Virus record (IMG/VR): IMGVR_UViG_3300032291_001634
Length of the DNA stretch: 25,137 nt
Reading direction: 5' to 3' (one strand)
Source: an uncultured virus (IMG/VR IMGVR_UViG_3300032291_001634)
Lineage: Duplodnaviria; Heunggongvirae; Uroviricota; Caudoviricetes
Part shown: positions 1 through 9,769 of the stretch, one piece after another
Position numbering within the stretch: position 1 is the stretch's first letter
Layout of the letters: every line of letters begins with the position of its first letter
Translations under genes and position numbers: made by a program
The notes under the pieces: generated by a model
What the model was told of the DNA's origin: nothing
Seen by the model: only the letters and a program-made list of their open reading frames with translations
The model's database searches: none

Positions 1-466
1 TGTTAATTGTACGAGTTGCTGAAGTGATTGTTCCAGTACCAATGTTGATTGTTTGTGAAGCAGTACCAAAGTTTCCAGTACCAAGATTAATTGTTTGGTT
101 TGTTCCAGTACTAGACGTACCAGTAAACAAGTTAACAGTTTGGGTGTACCCCCCCAGTGTTCCTGTGTTTCCTATGTTTACATCATAAGCACTGGTTGCC
201 AGGTTTAATGTTCCAGCAGCACCAAAAGCGTTTACTGTAGTTGCTGTTGTATTTAGTAAATCAAAACTTGTAGAGGGGGTAGTAATGCTTGTAGTTATTG
301 CTGGAGAAGTAGTTCTAGCAATAGTTGACGCAATTCTGGCATCGGCGACTGTTCCGCTAGAAATATTAGAGCCATTTAATGAAGTAAGGCTTGCCCCAGA
401 ACCAGAGAACGTAGTTGCGGTAATTGTACCCTCGGAGGTTACATTAGTTTTAAATAATCTAGCCAT
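1..466 (-). CDS. Tail-fibre-like protein, N-terminal part (runs off the window)
   Basis: Not in ORF track; ATG at 466 gives MARLFKTNVTSEGTITATTFSGSGASLTSLNGSNISSGTVADARIAS... open to position 1. Thr/Gly/Ser-rich with repeated T(I/V)N(L/I)G motifs also seen in the neighbouring fibre. Confidence 0.75.
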   Translation of the reverse strand, partial: MARLFKTNVTSEGTITATTFSGSGASLTSLNGSNISSGTVADARIASTIARTTSPAITTSITTPSTSFDLLNTTATTVNAFGAAGTLNLATSAYDVNIGNTGTLGGYTQTVNLFTGTSSTGTNQTINLGTGNFGTASQTINIGTGTITSATRTIN

Positions 467-475
467 GGGCTAATA

Positions 476-2776
476 CTATCCTACGACGACGAGTGTGTAG
501 TTGCTTAGTGTAGTTGTGGCTGCAAAAGTGGCGGTAGCAACTGTGCTAGTTACAGTGATGTCTGTCTCTACCAAAGTAGCAGTTGAGGTTGAAGTGTCAT
601 AAACCTGAGCATGAACTAGGTTCGACCCAAGACCGTGAGTCAAAGCAATAGTAGTTCCTGAACCAGTTCCTACAAGAGATACCTTACGAGCAACAACACC
701 AACGTTAGTAGGTAGGTCAGCATAAGCAAGAGCCGAAGCAGACAATGAGCCTGAAGCACCCGCTCTAACAAACCCAGATGTTCCTACTGTTGGAACTCTA
801 ACATCACCTGTGATAGTAGTAGTAGTGCTTGAACTTCCACCGATGTTGATTAGGTTTGTAGCCGAGGTTTGAACGTTAGCACCAAGGTTGATTGTTTGAC
901 CTGCACCAGTTGAAGATGAGGTAGTACCAATAGTAATTGTTCTAGTACCAGTAGAGTGTGTTCCAGCACCTATGCTAAGGGTCGAAATGACATCACCAAC
1001 AGTTAGCGTTTGCACAGAAGGTAGTAGGTTAAATGAACTGCTTGCAGTTGTAAGGCTTGTTGCTACAGCAGGACTAGTAAAAGTCTGTACACCAGTAAAG
1101 GTCTGTGCGGCGTCTGTTCTAGCAATAGTGGCTGAGGTTCCAGGGAACGTCATAGTAGTTGAGTCAGTACCTGCAAGAGTAAGAGTGTTGCTAACGCTTA
1201 GGGTCTTAGCGTTAGTTACTGTCAAAGTACCAGTTGAAGAAGTAACTGTAAGACCATTATAAGTTTTTCCTGTTAGAGCAGAGGCAATTCGACCATCCGC
1301 AACAGTTCCAGTAGTTATTAAACCACCAGATAGGTTGTCAATACTTACTGCACCAGAAGAGACCGAGAACTGTGCGGCTGGGAATGAGGCAATACCAACA
1401 GTAGTGGTAGTCGCATTAGGGACAGCCCCAGCACCAGAGAACTGGGTGTAAGAAACAGCGTCAGTGCCAATCTTTACAGAGTAAGTAAGGTCTGCTCCAG
1501 TACCTGAAGTTGCAGTTCCCTTTACAGTCTGAACGAACTGGTCACCAGCGTAAGTGTTTCCACCAATAACGTAAACAAGGTCACCAGCAGAAAGGTCACC
1601 AAAGTGGCTGTTGTCAGCATCAGTAGAACGAGTAAGGACTGCGGCTGTTCCAACAGCACCAGCAGTGGTAACTACATAAATACCGTTAGCAATAGAGGAC
1701 GCACCAGCAGCAGCAGTAACACCGTCTTTTACAAGAACACGGTCGCCCAGAGCAAGAGTTACAGAAGTGTCTAGTGTTACTACACCAGTAGCAGAGTAAG
1801 TAATGGTTGCACCAACACCTGTACCACCATCACCTGGAGGGTTAGCAGTAGTTGAACCAGCAGCATAAACACCAGCAATAGTTCCAGTGGTTGCAGCAAC
1901 AACAGCATCGTGGATGTTGACACCAGTAGAAACGTTATCTACATAAGCTTTAGTTGCTGCATCAGAAGCGGCTGTAGGAGTTCCAACGTTAGTGACACGG
2001 TTGCTTCCCATAGAAACAGTTTGTGTAGAGGCAATTGTTAATCCATTCAACGTACCAACTGAAGTCAAAGAAGATGCGGTTACACCAGAATTAAGCGTAT
2101 TTCCTGTAAGTGTGCCAGCAGCAGCTGTTACAGTTATGTCAGAAGAACCGTTAAAAGAAACACCGTTAATGTTACGGGCAGTAGCTAAGGTAGTAGCTGT
2201 AGATGCGTTTCCTGTGAGGGCACCGGTGAAAGTAGTTGCGGCAATAGAACCTGTACCAGTAATGTTGTTGGCACCCATTGCAAGGGTTCCACCCATAGTC
2301 AACCCAGTAAGGGTTCCAACGCTAGTAAGGGAAGACGCTGTTACGCCAGAGGCTAAAGTAGAGCCAGTAAGAGTTCCCGCAGCAGCGGTTACAGTGATGT
2401 TTGCAGAACCGTCAAAAGAGGTTCCGTTAATTGTTCTTGCAGTAGCAAGAGCTGTGGCAGTAGATGCGTTTCCTGTAAGAGCACCAACAAAAGCAGTAGA
2501 AGTAACTGAAGAAAGGCCAGTAAAGGTAGTTACAGCAGAGCCGTTTACGGTTACAGCTGTTGAACCAATAGTTACTGTACCACCGCCAACAGCCACCCAA
2601 GAAGTTCCGTTAAAGATGTACAGGGCACCATTATATGATGAAATTTGACCAGTAACTGCTGTACCTGACCCATTAGGGTTAGTAGTCCCTGTAGGAGCAG
2701 AGCCCCATGCTTGAATCTTTGCGTTAAGCAGGACGTTGTTACTAAGATTGAGGTCCGTCAAAAATGACTTTGCCAT
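476..2776 (-). CDS. Tail fibre / virion fibre protein (766 aa)
   Basis: Extremely T/G/S/A-rich; ATARTINGTSFDGSANIT fibre repeats, DAATKAYVD motif, C-terminal THGLG motif; downstream of the neck gene. Confidence 0.8.
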   Translation of the reverse strand: MAKSFLTDLNLSNNVLLNAKIQAWGSAPTGTTNPNGSGTAVTGQISSYNGALYIFNGTSWVAVGGGTVTIGSTAVTVNGSAVTTFTGLSSVTSTAFVGALTGNASTATALATARTINGTSFDGSANITVTAAAGTLTGSTLASGVTASSLTSVGTLTGLTMGGTLAMGANNITGTGSIAATTFTGALTGNASTATTLATARNINGVSFNGSSDITVTAAAGTLTGNTLNSGVTASSLTSVGTLNGLTIASTQTVSMGSNRVTNVGTPTAASDAATKAYVDNVSTGVNIHDAVVAATTGTIAGVYAAGSTTANPPGDGGTGVGATITYSATGVVTLDTSVTLALGDRVLVKDGVTAAAGASSIANGIYVVTTAGAVGTAAVLTRSTDADNSHFGDLSAGDLVYVIGGNTYAGDQFVQTVKGTATSGTGADLTYSVKIGTDAVSYTQFSGAGAVPNATTTTVGIASFPAAQFSVSSGAVSIDNLSGGLITTGTVADGRIASALTGKTYNGLTVTSSTGTLTVTNAKTLSVSNTLTLAGTDSTTMTFPGTSATIARTDAAQTFTGVQTFTSPAVATSLTTASSSFNLLPSVQTLTVGDVISTLSIGAGTHSTGTRTITIGTTSSSTGAGQTINLGANVQTSATNLINIGGSSSTTTTITGDVRVPTVGTSGFVRAGASGSLSASALAYADLPTNVGVVARKVSLVGTGSGTTIALTHGLGSNLVHAQVYDTSTSTATLVETDITVTSTVATATFAATTTLSNYTLVVVG
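2036..2497 (-). repeat. Internal duplication of ~67 aa in the fibre protein (two copies ~261 nt apart)
   Basis: GALTGNASTATALATARTINGTSFDGSANITVTAAAGTLTGSTLASGVTASSLTSVGTL versus GALTGNASTATTLATARNINGVSFNGSSDITVTAAAGTLTGNTLNSGVTASSLTSVGTL. Confidence 0.9.
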
Positions 2777-2785
2777 AATTTTTCC

Positions 2786-3238
2786 TTAAGATAAGTAAGC
2801 GGTAGCGTAAACCGCAATTGAGAATGTAATGGTTAGACTGTTATTATTAGTGTAAACTACTGTTCCAAAATATTCTGTACCAACGTTATCAACCACCATT
2901 ACGTTTGGTTGATACCCTAAATTGTGAGTAATGTTCCAAGTATCTCTTGCATCAGCAGGAGTATAGACAAAAGAGCCACCAGAAGTTCCAGCGGGTCCTT
3001 GTGGTCCAGTAGAGCCTGTTGCTCCAGTAGGACCAGTAGCCCCTGTGTTTCCTGTGGCTCCAGTAGGGCCTCTTTGTCCAGGAACTCCAGGAAGTAAAGT
3101 AATATCAATTACTTGATTTGCTTGGTCGTTTGGTATTCCAAAATCTAAATCGGTATAGTTTGGTGGTGGAGTTACCACATCAGGAGTGTTGTCCTGAAGT
3201 AAAGCGATATCTTTTTCGGGTAAAGGTAGCGGTGACAT
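2786..3238 (-). CDS. Collagen-like (Gly-X-Y) virion protein
   Basis: GVPGQRGPTGATGNTGATGPTGATGSTGPQGPAG run plus C-terminal WNITHNLG small beta domain. Confidence 0.85.
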   Translation of the reverse strand: MSPLPLPEKDIALLQDNTPDVVTPPPNYTDLDFGIPNDQANQVIDITLLPGVPGQRGPTGATGNTGATGPTGATGSTGPQGPAGTSGGSFVYTPADARDTWNITHNLGYQPNVMVVDNVGTEYFGTVVYTNNNSLTITFSIAVYATAYLS

Positions 3239-4530
3239 TATATCACTGTGGTCCTAGAACGGGCAGTGAAGAAGTTTCCGCCCTTTATCTCGACTTCACC
3301 TTCAACACCTACAGTTGAAAGAGACCAGTATGTTCTTTCAGCTAGTCTTAGAGTTTGTTCCTTACTCAAAGAAATAGTAAAGGTGTAGTCTTTTGTTACG
3401 TTTGTATCTACTTGACCAGCTAGTACAGTTAAGGCTAGAGCTGTAGTTGCAGTTCCAGTAATGGTAAAAGTAGAGTTAGCTGGGTTACCATTAAGAATAG
3501 TGTATGTACCGTTTACTGTGTCATCAACGTCTGTAATAACTACTGAGTTTCCAGTGCTTAGACCATGGGCAGCACTAGTTGTAATAGTAATCGTTGTACT
3601 TCCAGAAGTTCTAGAGGCACCAGTAATAATATCAATTCCAGCAGTATTTACATCAAGAGTAAAGTTTTGGACTACAAGTACTGAGCCGCGCTGGTTAAGA
3701 AGTTTAGCTGTAAACGACTTTCCAGCATAGTTGCCATTAAAGTCTAGTGAAGTACTGAATGAGCGGCCCTGGTAAGCAGTAAGCTCTCCAGCTTCTGTAG
3801 GCCATTCAACTGGCTTGTCTCCATAAGTAGGTGCCGGAACATCTGACCTTTGTGGGTAGGAGCGGTCATCAACTTCTTGAGGCTTATACATAGGCACATA
3901 TCGGCCAGTAGCTTTAGAGATTCGTCTAAGGCTAAATACGTCAATCTTGTACATACCGACACCAAGGTGTGTACAAAGCTCACGGTATTGATTTTGACGA
4001 GTTTGAACCATGTCCATCAGTTGACGGAAGCGTTGTGCACGAGGAATGGTTACGCCATCTGGAGCTTGAATGTCAATATCAAAAGCAGAGTCAGTCGCAA
4101 GAGTGTATAACGCAATAGTAGTAGCATAAATAGCTACTGGGTATTCTTCAATGAAAGGCAGGGTACCAATACCCTCTTTGCGACCCAAGGAGTCAACATG
4201 ACCAGTAGAGTGTTGTGCTAAAGCGTCTCCAACAATAGTGGCTAGCTCTGCACCAGTAAAGTAACGGTAGTAGCTACCGCTAACAGTAACCTCTGTCATG
4301 TCCGCAAGAACAGTCCCTGTTACTAACACTCCGGTAGATTCTTCAACATAACTAGTGCTAGTAATATCAGTGGTACCGGCATATACAACAACGGTAGTTG
4401 CGTCTAGAGGAGCGTAGTGTAATTTAAAACGGTTGGTAGTACCATCTGCAACAAATTTAGTTACAAAAGATTTGCCAACGTCGCCAAGCTCAAGGCGAAC
4501 TCTGTCAACAAGGCTAGAAATTGTAGCCAT
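3238..4530 (-). CDS. Putative head-tail adaptor / neck protein with an added beta-rich domain
   Basis: N-terminal LVDRVRLELGD helix typical of adaptors; position after the capsid genes; strong GGAGG RBS. Confidence 0.6.
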   Translation of the reverse strand: MATISSLVDRVRLELGDVGKSFVTKFVADGTTNRFKLHYAPLDATTVVVYAGTTDITSTSYVEESTGVLVTGTVLADMTEVTVSGSYYRYFTGAELATIVGDALAQHSTGHVDSLGRKEGIGTLPFIEEYPVAIYATTIALYTLATDSAFDIDIQAPDGVTIPRAQRFRQLMDMVQTRQNQYRELCTHLGVGMYKIDVFSLRRISKATGRYVPMYKPQEVDDRSYPQRSDVPAPTYGDKPVEWPTEAGELTAYQGRSFSTSLDFNGNYAGKSFTAKLLNQRGSVLVVQNFTLDVNTAGIDIITGASRTSGSTTITITTSAAHGLSTGNSVVITDVDDTVNGTYTILNGNPANSTFTITGTATTALALTVLAGQVDTNVTKDYTFTISLSKEQTLRLAERTYWSLSTVGVEGEVEIKGGNFFTARSRTTVI

Positions 4531-4587
4531 TAATCCTCCAAAGTCTTATATAACTATGTTCTCTTAAAAGTGCGTAAAATTCATGGT

Positions 4588-4634
4588 AAAAAGTCCGCCC
4601 TGCTGGTGAGGAGGGCGGGACCAGCAGGACGGAC
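4588..4634 (-). terminator. Intrinsic terminator after the capsid operon
   Basis: Minus strand GTCCGTCCTGCTGGT-loop-ACCAGCAGGGCGGAC followed by TTTTT. Confidence 0.8.
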
Positions 4635-4650
4635 AGCTTGGGGAGGCGTA

Positions 4651-5031
4651 CTACTGACGCCAGACGTAACCAAGTCTTTCTAGGTGCTCAGCAAGAGCAC
4701 GAGGAACAGAATAACGAACTCCAGCTTTGAACGTATAGTTCTGTGGGGCACCGTTAATAACTCCAAATGTCATGTCTTCGATATCATGGTGAGTACGAAT
4801 AATAACTTTATCGTTATTTACTGCTACGCCAACTTCTTCGATTTCATCAATCAAAAGTGGCTGACTTGGGTTCTTTGGGTCAAACACGTCATTTTCAAGG
4901 CTGATAGCCTCTGCCTGACGTGAGATAGAAATTTCTTCTTGGCGAGCTTGCAGCTCGGCCGCGTTGCGCTTTGCAGCATCTTCTGCTGCACGTCCTGTTG
5001 CGTCCTGTGGACTAGTGGGTTTATTTGCCAC
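4651..5031 (-). CDS. Conserved hypothetical, probable head-associated protein
   Basis: 126 aa ORF, AAGGAG RBS, GTG start, directly after the major capsid gene. Confidence 0.65.
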   Translation of the reverse strand: MANKPTSPQDATGRAAEDAAKRNAAELQARQEEISISRQAEAISLENDVFDPKNPSQPLLIDEIEEVGVAVNNDKVIIRTHHDIEDMTFGVINGAPQNYTFKAGVRYSVPRALAEHLERLGYVWRQ

Positions 5032-5070
5032 GATATTATTCTCCTTGTTATTTGTTTATTTGTTTGTGTT

Positions 5071-5092
5071 GGGGGGCCTCGAAAGGCCCCCC
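5071..5092 (-). terminator. GC-rich hairpin after the major capsid gene (no U-tract; stabiliser or weak terminator)
   Basis: GGGGGGCCT-TTCG-AGGCCCCCC on the minus strand. Confidence 0.6.
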
Positions 5093-5112
5093 TCGACGAA
5101 AGGGTTTGGCTA

Positions 5113-6261
5113 TTAGTTGGTGTAAACCTTGTTGATAGCCTGGTCTGTGATGATACCTAGACCCCAGATTGCGTACCATGCTAGTGCGTGCTCACGACCG
5201 AAGTCTAGAACACCACCATCACGAAGCTCAACTGGTAGAGCGATTGCGTGACCAAATGCGTTGTCACCAATCATGATTGACTCGTATACGTCAGCAGTGT
5301 TTCCAGTTGCACCAGTTAGGTAACCAGCTAGAGCAGTGTAATCTGCTGCTTCTGGGTTTCCACCATTACCAGGACCAGAGTTGGTCTTTGGCTTGCTGGC
5401 ACCGGTGTATGAGTACTGGTCAGCTAGAGCACCTGCAGCTGTTGAAGTGGTGTAACCAGCCTGGTTAGCAGCCAACTTCTTAACCTGAGTGGTCTCGATG
5501 AATACGACGTCGTATAGACGACCGATTTCACCTAGCATGAAGTTACCTGGAGCAGCGTACTTGGTTACTTCGATAAACTCTGGGTTTGAGCGAAGGTCAC
5601 GAGACTGCTTTGGGTGGATGAACTGTACGTAGGTCTCACCAATACGAGGGATGTTCTTGCCAGCAAGGACAAGAGCTGAGTCCTTGATTGCACCAGTGGT
5701 CAACTTGTGGTTACCATCTAGAGAACCAATAGAAGTACCAACGGTACCTTCATCGTAGTTAGTGAATGCGCCACCAGTGATACCTGTGCGGTCGTAACCG
5801 AAGGTAGCTGAGGTAGCAGCAGATAGTGTGTCACGAGCCTGTACGTCTAGGTACTGGGCCATGTGGCGACCTAGCAAACGTGAAGCAGAAGCCATGATGT
5901 CGTCGAACGAAGCGTTCAGTAGCAGTTCTGAAACTGCAACTGCATAGCCGTGCTCAGCAACGGTGATAGCAATCTGCTCTGCGGTTAGAGCGTTGGTTGA
6001 CATACGGACACCTTCAGTCAGTGGAGTTGGGTCCACTGTGAAGTTTTTGTAGCGAAGGAAGTTAACACGCAGACCTGGTGAAACACCAAGCTCTGTCTTC
6101 TTAACTGCAAACTGCTCAAAACGAAGAATAGGCATCGCCTGGAACAGAATTTCCTTCGACCAGATAGTTTGGATAGCCTGCGATAGCTGACTATTCGAAC
6201 CTGAATATGCGGTAGGCGCGCCAGCTAGGGCAGCGGTACCGGTAACAGCAGAACCTGCCAT
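5113..6261 (-). CDS. Major capsid protein, N4-gp56-like family
   Basis: WSKEILFQAMPILRFEQFA, TPLTEG, GEIGRLYDVVFIETT and DFGREHALAWY motifs; position after the scaffold; AAAGGAG RBS. Confidence 0.9.
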   Translation of the reverse strand: MAGSAVTGTAALAGAPTAYSGSNSQLSQAIQTIWSKEILFQAMPILRFEQFAVKKTELGVSPGLRVNFLRYKNFTVDPTPLTEGVRMSTNALTAEQIAITVAEHGYAVAVSELLLNASFDDIMASASRLLGRHMAQYLDVQARDTLSAATSATFGYDRTGITGGAFTNYDEGTVGTSIGSLDGNHKLTTGAIKDSALVLAGKNIPRIGETYVQFIHPKQSRDLRSNPEFIEVTKYAAPGNFMLGEIGRLYDVVFIETTQVKKLAANQAGYTTSTAAGALADQYSYTGASKPKTNSGPGNGGNPEAADYTALAGYLTGATGNTADVYESIMIGDNAFGHAIALPVELRDGGVLDFGREHALAWYAIWGLGIITDQAINKVYTN

Positions 6262-6362
6262 TTTTTGCTCCTTTCAGAAGCGGTCGTTAGATTATTGATT
6301 TAGGGGTGTTGCGGATTATATGGCTGTTATGAAACTTTTATAACAACGCATAACTTCCATAT

Positions 6363-7118
6363 TTATCCAAAGAGCCCTTGTCCACTGTTTTTACCTGAGC
6401 CAAGTAGCTTAGCTCTATTCTTCGCATAGTCTGCCATTGACATGTTATTGATGTCATTAGGTGAGTACGTACGTGAGTCCGAGTCGTTGTCGAGGGGTCC
6501 GGAAGCTGGGCTCGTAATACGAGTTCCAGCCATTTCCTTGCGGCTCTGCTGTGCAACTTGCGCAACAGAATCGAAGATTTTCGCAGAGCGTTCTTTTAGA
6601 CCAGCGATGCTCTGCTCGATTTCATCGCGGGTATTACCAGAAATTAGGTCTACTAGTTCTGGAATGATGTTTTCGCGTTCTGATTCAAGGCGCTGCTGGC
6701 GGTATGCCGACAGCTCTTGGAACTCACGCTCACGTTCAAGAAGTGCGAAAGCCTTTTCGCGTTCTTGACGTTCAAAGTCAAGTTTGGTTGCCCACTCTTG
6801 CTCCTTCTTAGCAAGCAAGTCACGAACTTCAAGTTCTGCTTCTTCTTGCTTCTTACGCTCAGCTACACGCTCAGAATCACGAGCCTGACGCTTTGCTGTA
6901 CGTTCAGCTTCTAGAGCTGCACGTTCCTCACGTTCTTTTTTAAGAATCGCAAGTTCTTCCTGCAACTTTTCTACCTGTGGGTACAGTTTTGCCTTTTCCT
7001 GAGCACGGGCCTTTGCAATATCATCGGCTGTGAACTGGCTTTGCAATACTATCTCCTCAGCAAAAGCTGCATCAGTAATTGATTCAGTAGATTCTACTAC
7101 TTCTAGGTTTTCATCCAT
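6363..7118 (-). CDS. Capsid scaffolding protein
   Basis: Charged coiled-coil protein between portal and capsid; C-terminal MSMADYAKNRAKLL helix. Confidence 0.8.
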   Translation of the reverse strand: MDENLEVVESTESITDAAFAEEIVLQSQFTADDIAKARAQEKAKLYPQVEKLQEELAILKKEREERAALEAERTAKRQARDSERVAERKKQEEAELEVRDLLAKKEQEWATKLDFERQEREKAFALLEREREFQELSAYRQQRLESERENIIPELVDLISGNTRDEIEQSIAGLKERSAKIFDSVAQVAQQSRKEMAGTRITSPASGPLDNDSDSRTYSPNDINNMSMADYAKNRAKLLGSGKNSGQGLFG

Positions 7119-7247
7119 TATTATTCTCTTTTCATTCTCTTGGTCGTTTTCCGTATTAATGCCACATGACCTTGTCAGTTGTTACTTATTAGGTAACAAG
7201 ATAAGTATATTTTGTTACTTAATTAAATAATGCCTTAAACTAAAGCA

Positions 7248-8978
7248 TTAATCTTTGTCAACTGCTCTGCGTGCAGGAATTTGTGTTCCATACGCTCCAG
7301 CTACCAAAGAATTCCTTATTTCATCTTCACCTTGCAGTTGCTCTTGAGCTACTGCTTGGTCTGCTTCCGCAGCTATTCCTGAACCTTGTGGGCCCAGTTG
7401 TCCATCACCCATTACATCTCCATTACCCATCATTAGTGGGTCCATAGGAGTAGCAGTACCATCAGGTCCTACCATCATTCCAGTTAGGTCCATTAGTTGC
7501 TTAGAAATTTGAGCACGTACAAGGTTTAGAGAACCTTCAGACTTAGCGTCTTCAATAAGCTCTGTACGAATTTCTTGTAGCTTCTCTTCTGGGAACTCTT
7601 CTCCAAGGGCACGCAAAGCGCCTTCCTTAGACTCAAGACCCATTGACATTTTTTGCTGAAGCTCGTTCAGCATAACAATCTTGTCTAAGGGTAGAGGTGG
7701 CTCAAAATGAACGTAGTTAGCATAAGTAAGTTCGTCATTAGGGTCTAGTTGTGGAAGCTGACCTGGTTTAATAGGCCCATCTTCTTCTGGGTTATAGACC
7801 ATAGTTTCTGGCTCTTTGATAGCCAAGTTTAGAATAACTAGTTCGTTAATTCTTTCTAGGCCCTTACCATACTGTGAAGATTTCTGTGACCAACGGTTCA
7901 TCAAAGGCTGGAACTGAATAGAAAGTGCAACACCTGAAGTGTTAGATATAGGCTGTGACTGTCCCAGAGCTGATTCTGGAATGTTCATCATCTCGTGCAT
8001 GGAGCGCTTTAGGGTCTCAAGGTACTGCAGAGCTCCCTGAATACCTGCGCCACCACCTTCAAGGTTAAATACCTGTGCATCCTTAGGAAGACCACCCCAG
8101 ACCTTCTTTGCACCCTTTTCAAGGTTAGATGCCTTGGCACCAACAATTACAGTTACAGGGGCTGCGTGGTAGTTAATGATATCCGCAATATCTGTAGAGA
8201 TTTCATTATAAGCACGGTTAATAGTAATAATATCATGCGCATCTGACAACCCCCATGGAGAACCAGAAACTGGGATATTTGGAATGTGTACGACAGGAAT
8301 CAAACCTAGTGGGTTTGGACGGCTATCAATAAGCTCATCATTTACATACTCTTCAATTACATCATCAGTAAGAATTTCAGTATAAGTAAAGACCTGGCGG
8401 GTACCTTCTAGTGAGGTTCCCCAGAAACGATACTTTTGCTTGAAACGAAGCAAACGCTCACGGTCATGTGGGTGGAACTCAGGAAAACAAAACGCAGGGT
8501 TTAGCGGAAGAATACGTACACGGCCTGGGTGAACACGGCCAATAGTATCTTGCCATTCTTCTTCATAAGCTACTTTAACAAAGCAGTCTCCAGTAATACC
8601 GCCAGTTTGAGCCATCTCAAAAAGAACACGCTGTTTGTTGTTGTCAACTTCCCAAACTCGCTCTAGACGGTCTGGAATAATAGCCTCGGTGGCTTTAGGG
8701 GAACGGAAGTGAACTCCATTACCAAATGTAAATCTAGCTAAGTAGTCAATAAATGCACGGTAATAGTTTACCGCAATCTGCATTTCGCCCTGCTCACGGC
8801 GATAACCCCAGTGGTGGCCAAGGTACATAGCCCAGTTAAGTGAATAGCGGTTTAGACGAGGACCGTGTACCTCAAACTCTTCATCCGCAAGCTCTACAAG
8901 TCCCAGAGGAGAGATGCTGATAGTAAGGTCAGATGACGCAGCTCTATATGACGGTGGGGAAAAATCTAAAAATGACAT
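7248..8978 (-). CDS. Portal protein (SPP1 gp6-like)
   Basis: 576 aa; NPLGLIPVVHIPN...WGLSD and SNTSGVAL motifs; position between terminase and scaffold. Confidence 0.9.
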   Translation of the reverse strand: MSFLDFSPPSYRAASSDLTISISPLGLVELADEEFEVHGPRLNRYSLNWAMYLGHHWGYRREQGEMQIAVNYYRAFIDYLARFTFGNGVHFRSPKATEAIIPDRLERVWEVDNNKQRVLFEMAQTGGITGDCFVKVAYEEEWQDTIGRVHPGRVRILPLNPAFCFPEFHPHDRERLLRFKQKYRFWGTSLEGTRQVFTYTEILTDDVIEEYVNDELIDSRPNPLGLIPVVHIPNIPVSGSPWGLSDAHDIITINRAYNEISTDIADIINYHAAPVTVIVGAKASNLEKGAKKVWGGLPKDAQVFNLEGGGAGIQGALQYLETLKRSMHEMMNIPESALGQSQPISNTSGVALSIQFQPLMNRWSQKSSQYGKGLERINELVILNLAIKEPETMVYNPEEDGPIKPGQLPQLDPNDELTYANYVHFEPPLPLDKIVMLNELQQKMSMGLESKEGALRALGEEFPEEKLQEIRTELIEDAKSEGSLNLVRAQISKQLMDLTGMMVGPDGTATPMDPLMMGNGDVMGDGQLGPQGSGIAAEADQAVAQEQLQGEDEIRNSLVAGAYGTQIPARRAVDKD

Positions 8979-9220
8979 TACTTATCGTCCTTATTTTTGC
9001 CTCGGTTATGCTCCATCACTTCTCTGCGATGTTCTAGAACTCTCTTCATTAGAGACTTACGTTCTGCAATCTTTTCACTATCCTCAAATCTTCCACCAAG
9101 TTCTAGGTAACGTTGGTGAACCCAGTGGCTTGCGCCTGGGGAAGGATAAATTCTATATTTAGCTTTAGCTTGTCCTACGACCATAGCATAAAGCTTTTCA
9201 TTCAAAGGTACTTCTGCCAT
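8978..9220 (-). CDS. Small basic conserved protein (resembles DUF5872-type proteins)
   Basis: AKAKYRIYPSPGASHWVHQRYLELGGRF; GAGGAG RBS; family recalled, not searched. Confidence 0.55.
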   Translation of the reverse strand: MAEVPLNEKLYAMVVGQAKAKYRIYPSPGASHWVHQRYLELGGRFEDSEKIAERKSLMKRVLEHRREVMEHNRGKNKDDK

Positions 9221-9233
9221 AATTCTCCTCTAA

Positions 9234-9271
9234 TCGAAGACACCCCACCCTTGCGGGCAGGGGTCCATCGA
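9234..9271 (-). other. Intergenic hairpin with GCAA (GNRA) tetraloop
   Basis: ACCCC-TG-CCC-GCAA-GGG-T-GGGGT flanked by TCGA...TCGA on the minus strand. Confidence 0.5.
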
Positions 9272-9279
9272 AGCCCTAA

Positions 9280-9675
9280 TTAGTCCTGAACGACTGTTGC
9301 ATTAAGACGCATAGTGCGTCCGCCTGAAACAACCTTGGTCTCAATAACCTGCTCAGCGTTGTTTGAGAATGAGCCATGAGCAAATTCTCCTAGGAATGTT
9401 GGTGCCTCTGTCCAAGCAGCTGAACCTACGTGAGCACGTTCGCTCATGGTCTCTTCAGCAGTCTTAGTGTGGACAGGTGCGTTACGGTTTGGACGACCAG
9501 GAGCAGCAGCAAAGCCACTCATGATTCCAGTCTGAAACTCAGTTGGAACGTCAGTGTCAGTAGCGACACCTTCTTCAAAGCGAAGAGGGCCACGACGCTC
9601 AGGGTTACCTGACATCTTCATTTCATAGCCTTGAGGTGCGCGTTCAGGGAACTGTGGTTGTGGGGCGATACCCAT
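9280..9675 (-). CDS. Conserved hypothetical virion/morphogenesis protein (likely start ATG 9675)
   Basis: AAAGGAG RBS before MGIAPQPQFPER; lies between terminase and portal. Confidence 0.65.
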   Translation of the reverse strand: MGIAPQPQFPERAPQGYEMKMSGNPERRGPLRFEEGVATDTDVPTEFQTGIMSGFAAAPGRPNRNAPVHTKTAEETMSERAHVGSAAWTEAPTFLGEFAHGSFSNNAEQVIETKVVSGGRTMRLNATVVQD

Positions 9676-9769
9676 GGGAACTCCTTTAAAGTTAGGTTGG
9701 AAAGGAACTAGTATTTCCAATATCTAGTTTGGCTGTTTTATCGAAATATTTCATAGTCAACTCAGATTT

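Noticed and set aside
476..2776. Diversity-generating retroelement TR/VR pair in the fibre repeats
   Set aside because: Differences are mostly synonymous rather than adenine-specific, and there is no reverse transcriptase in the window.
6338..6565. Alternative-frame 75-aa ORF over the scaffold end (possible frameshift product)
   Set aside because: No RBS or clear slippery site; fully explained as an overlapping frame.
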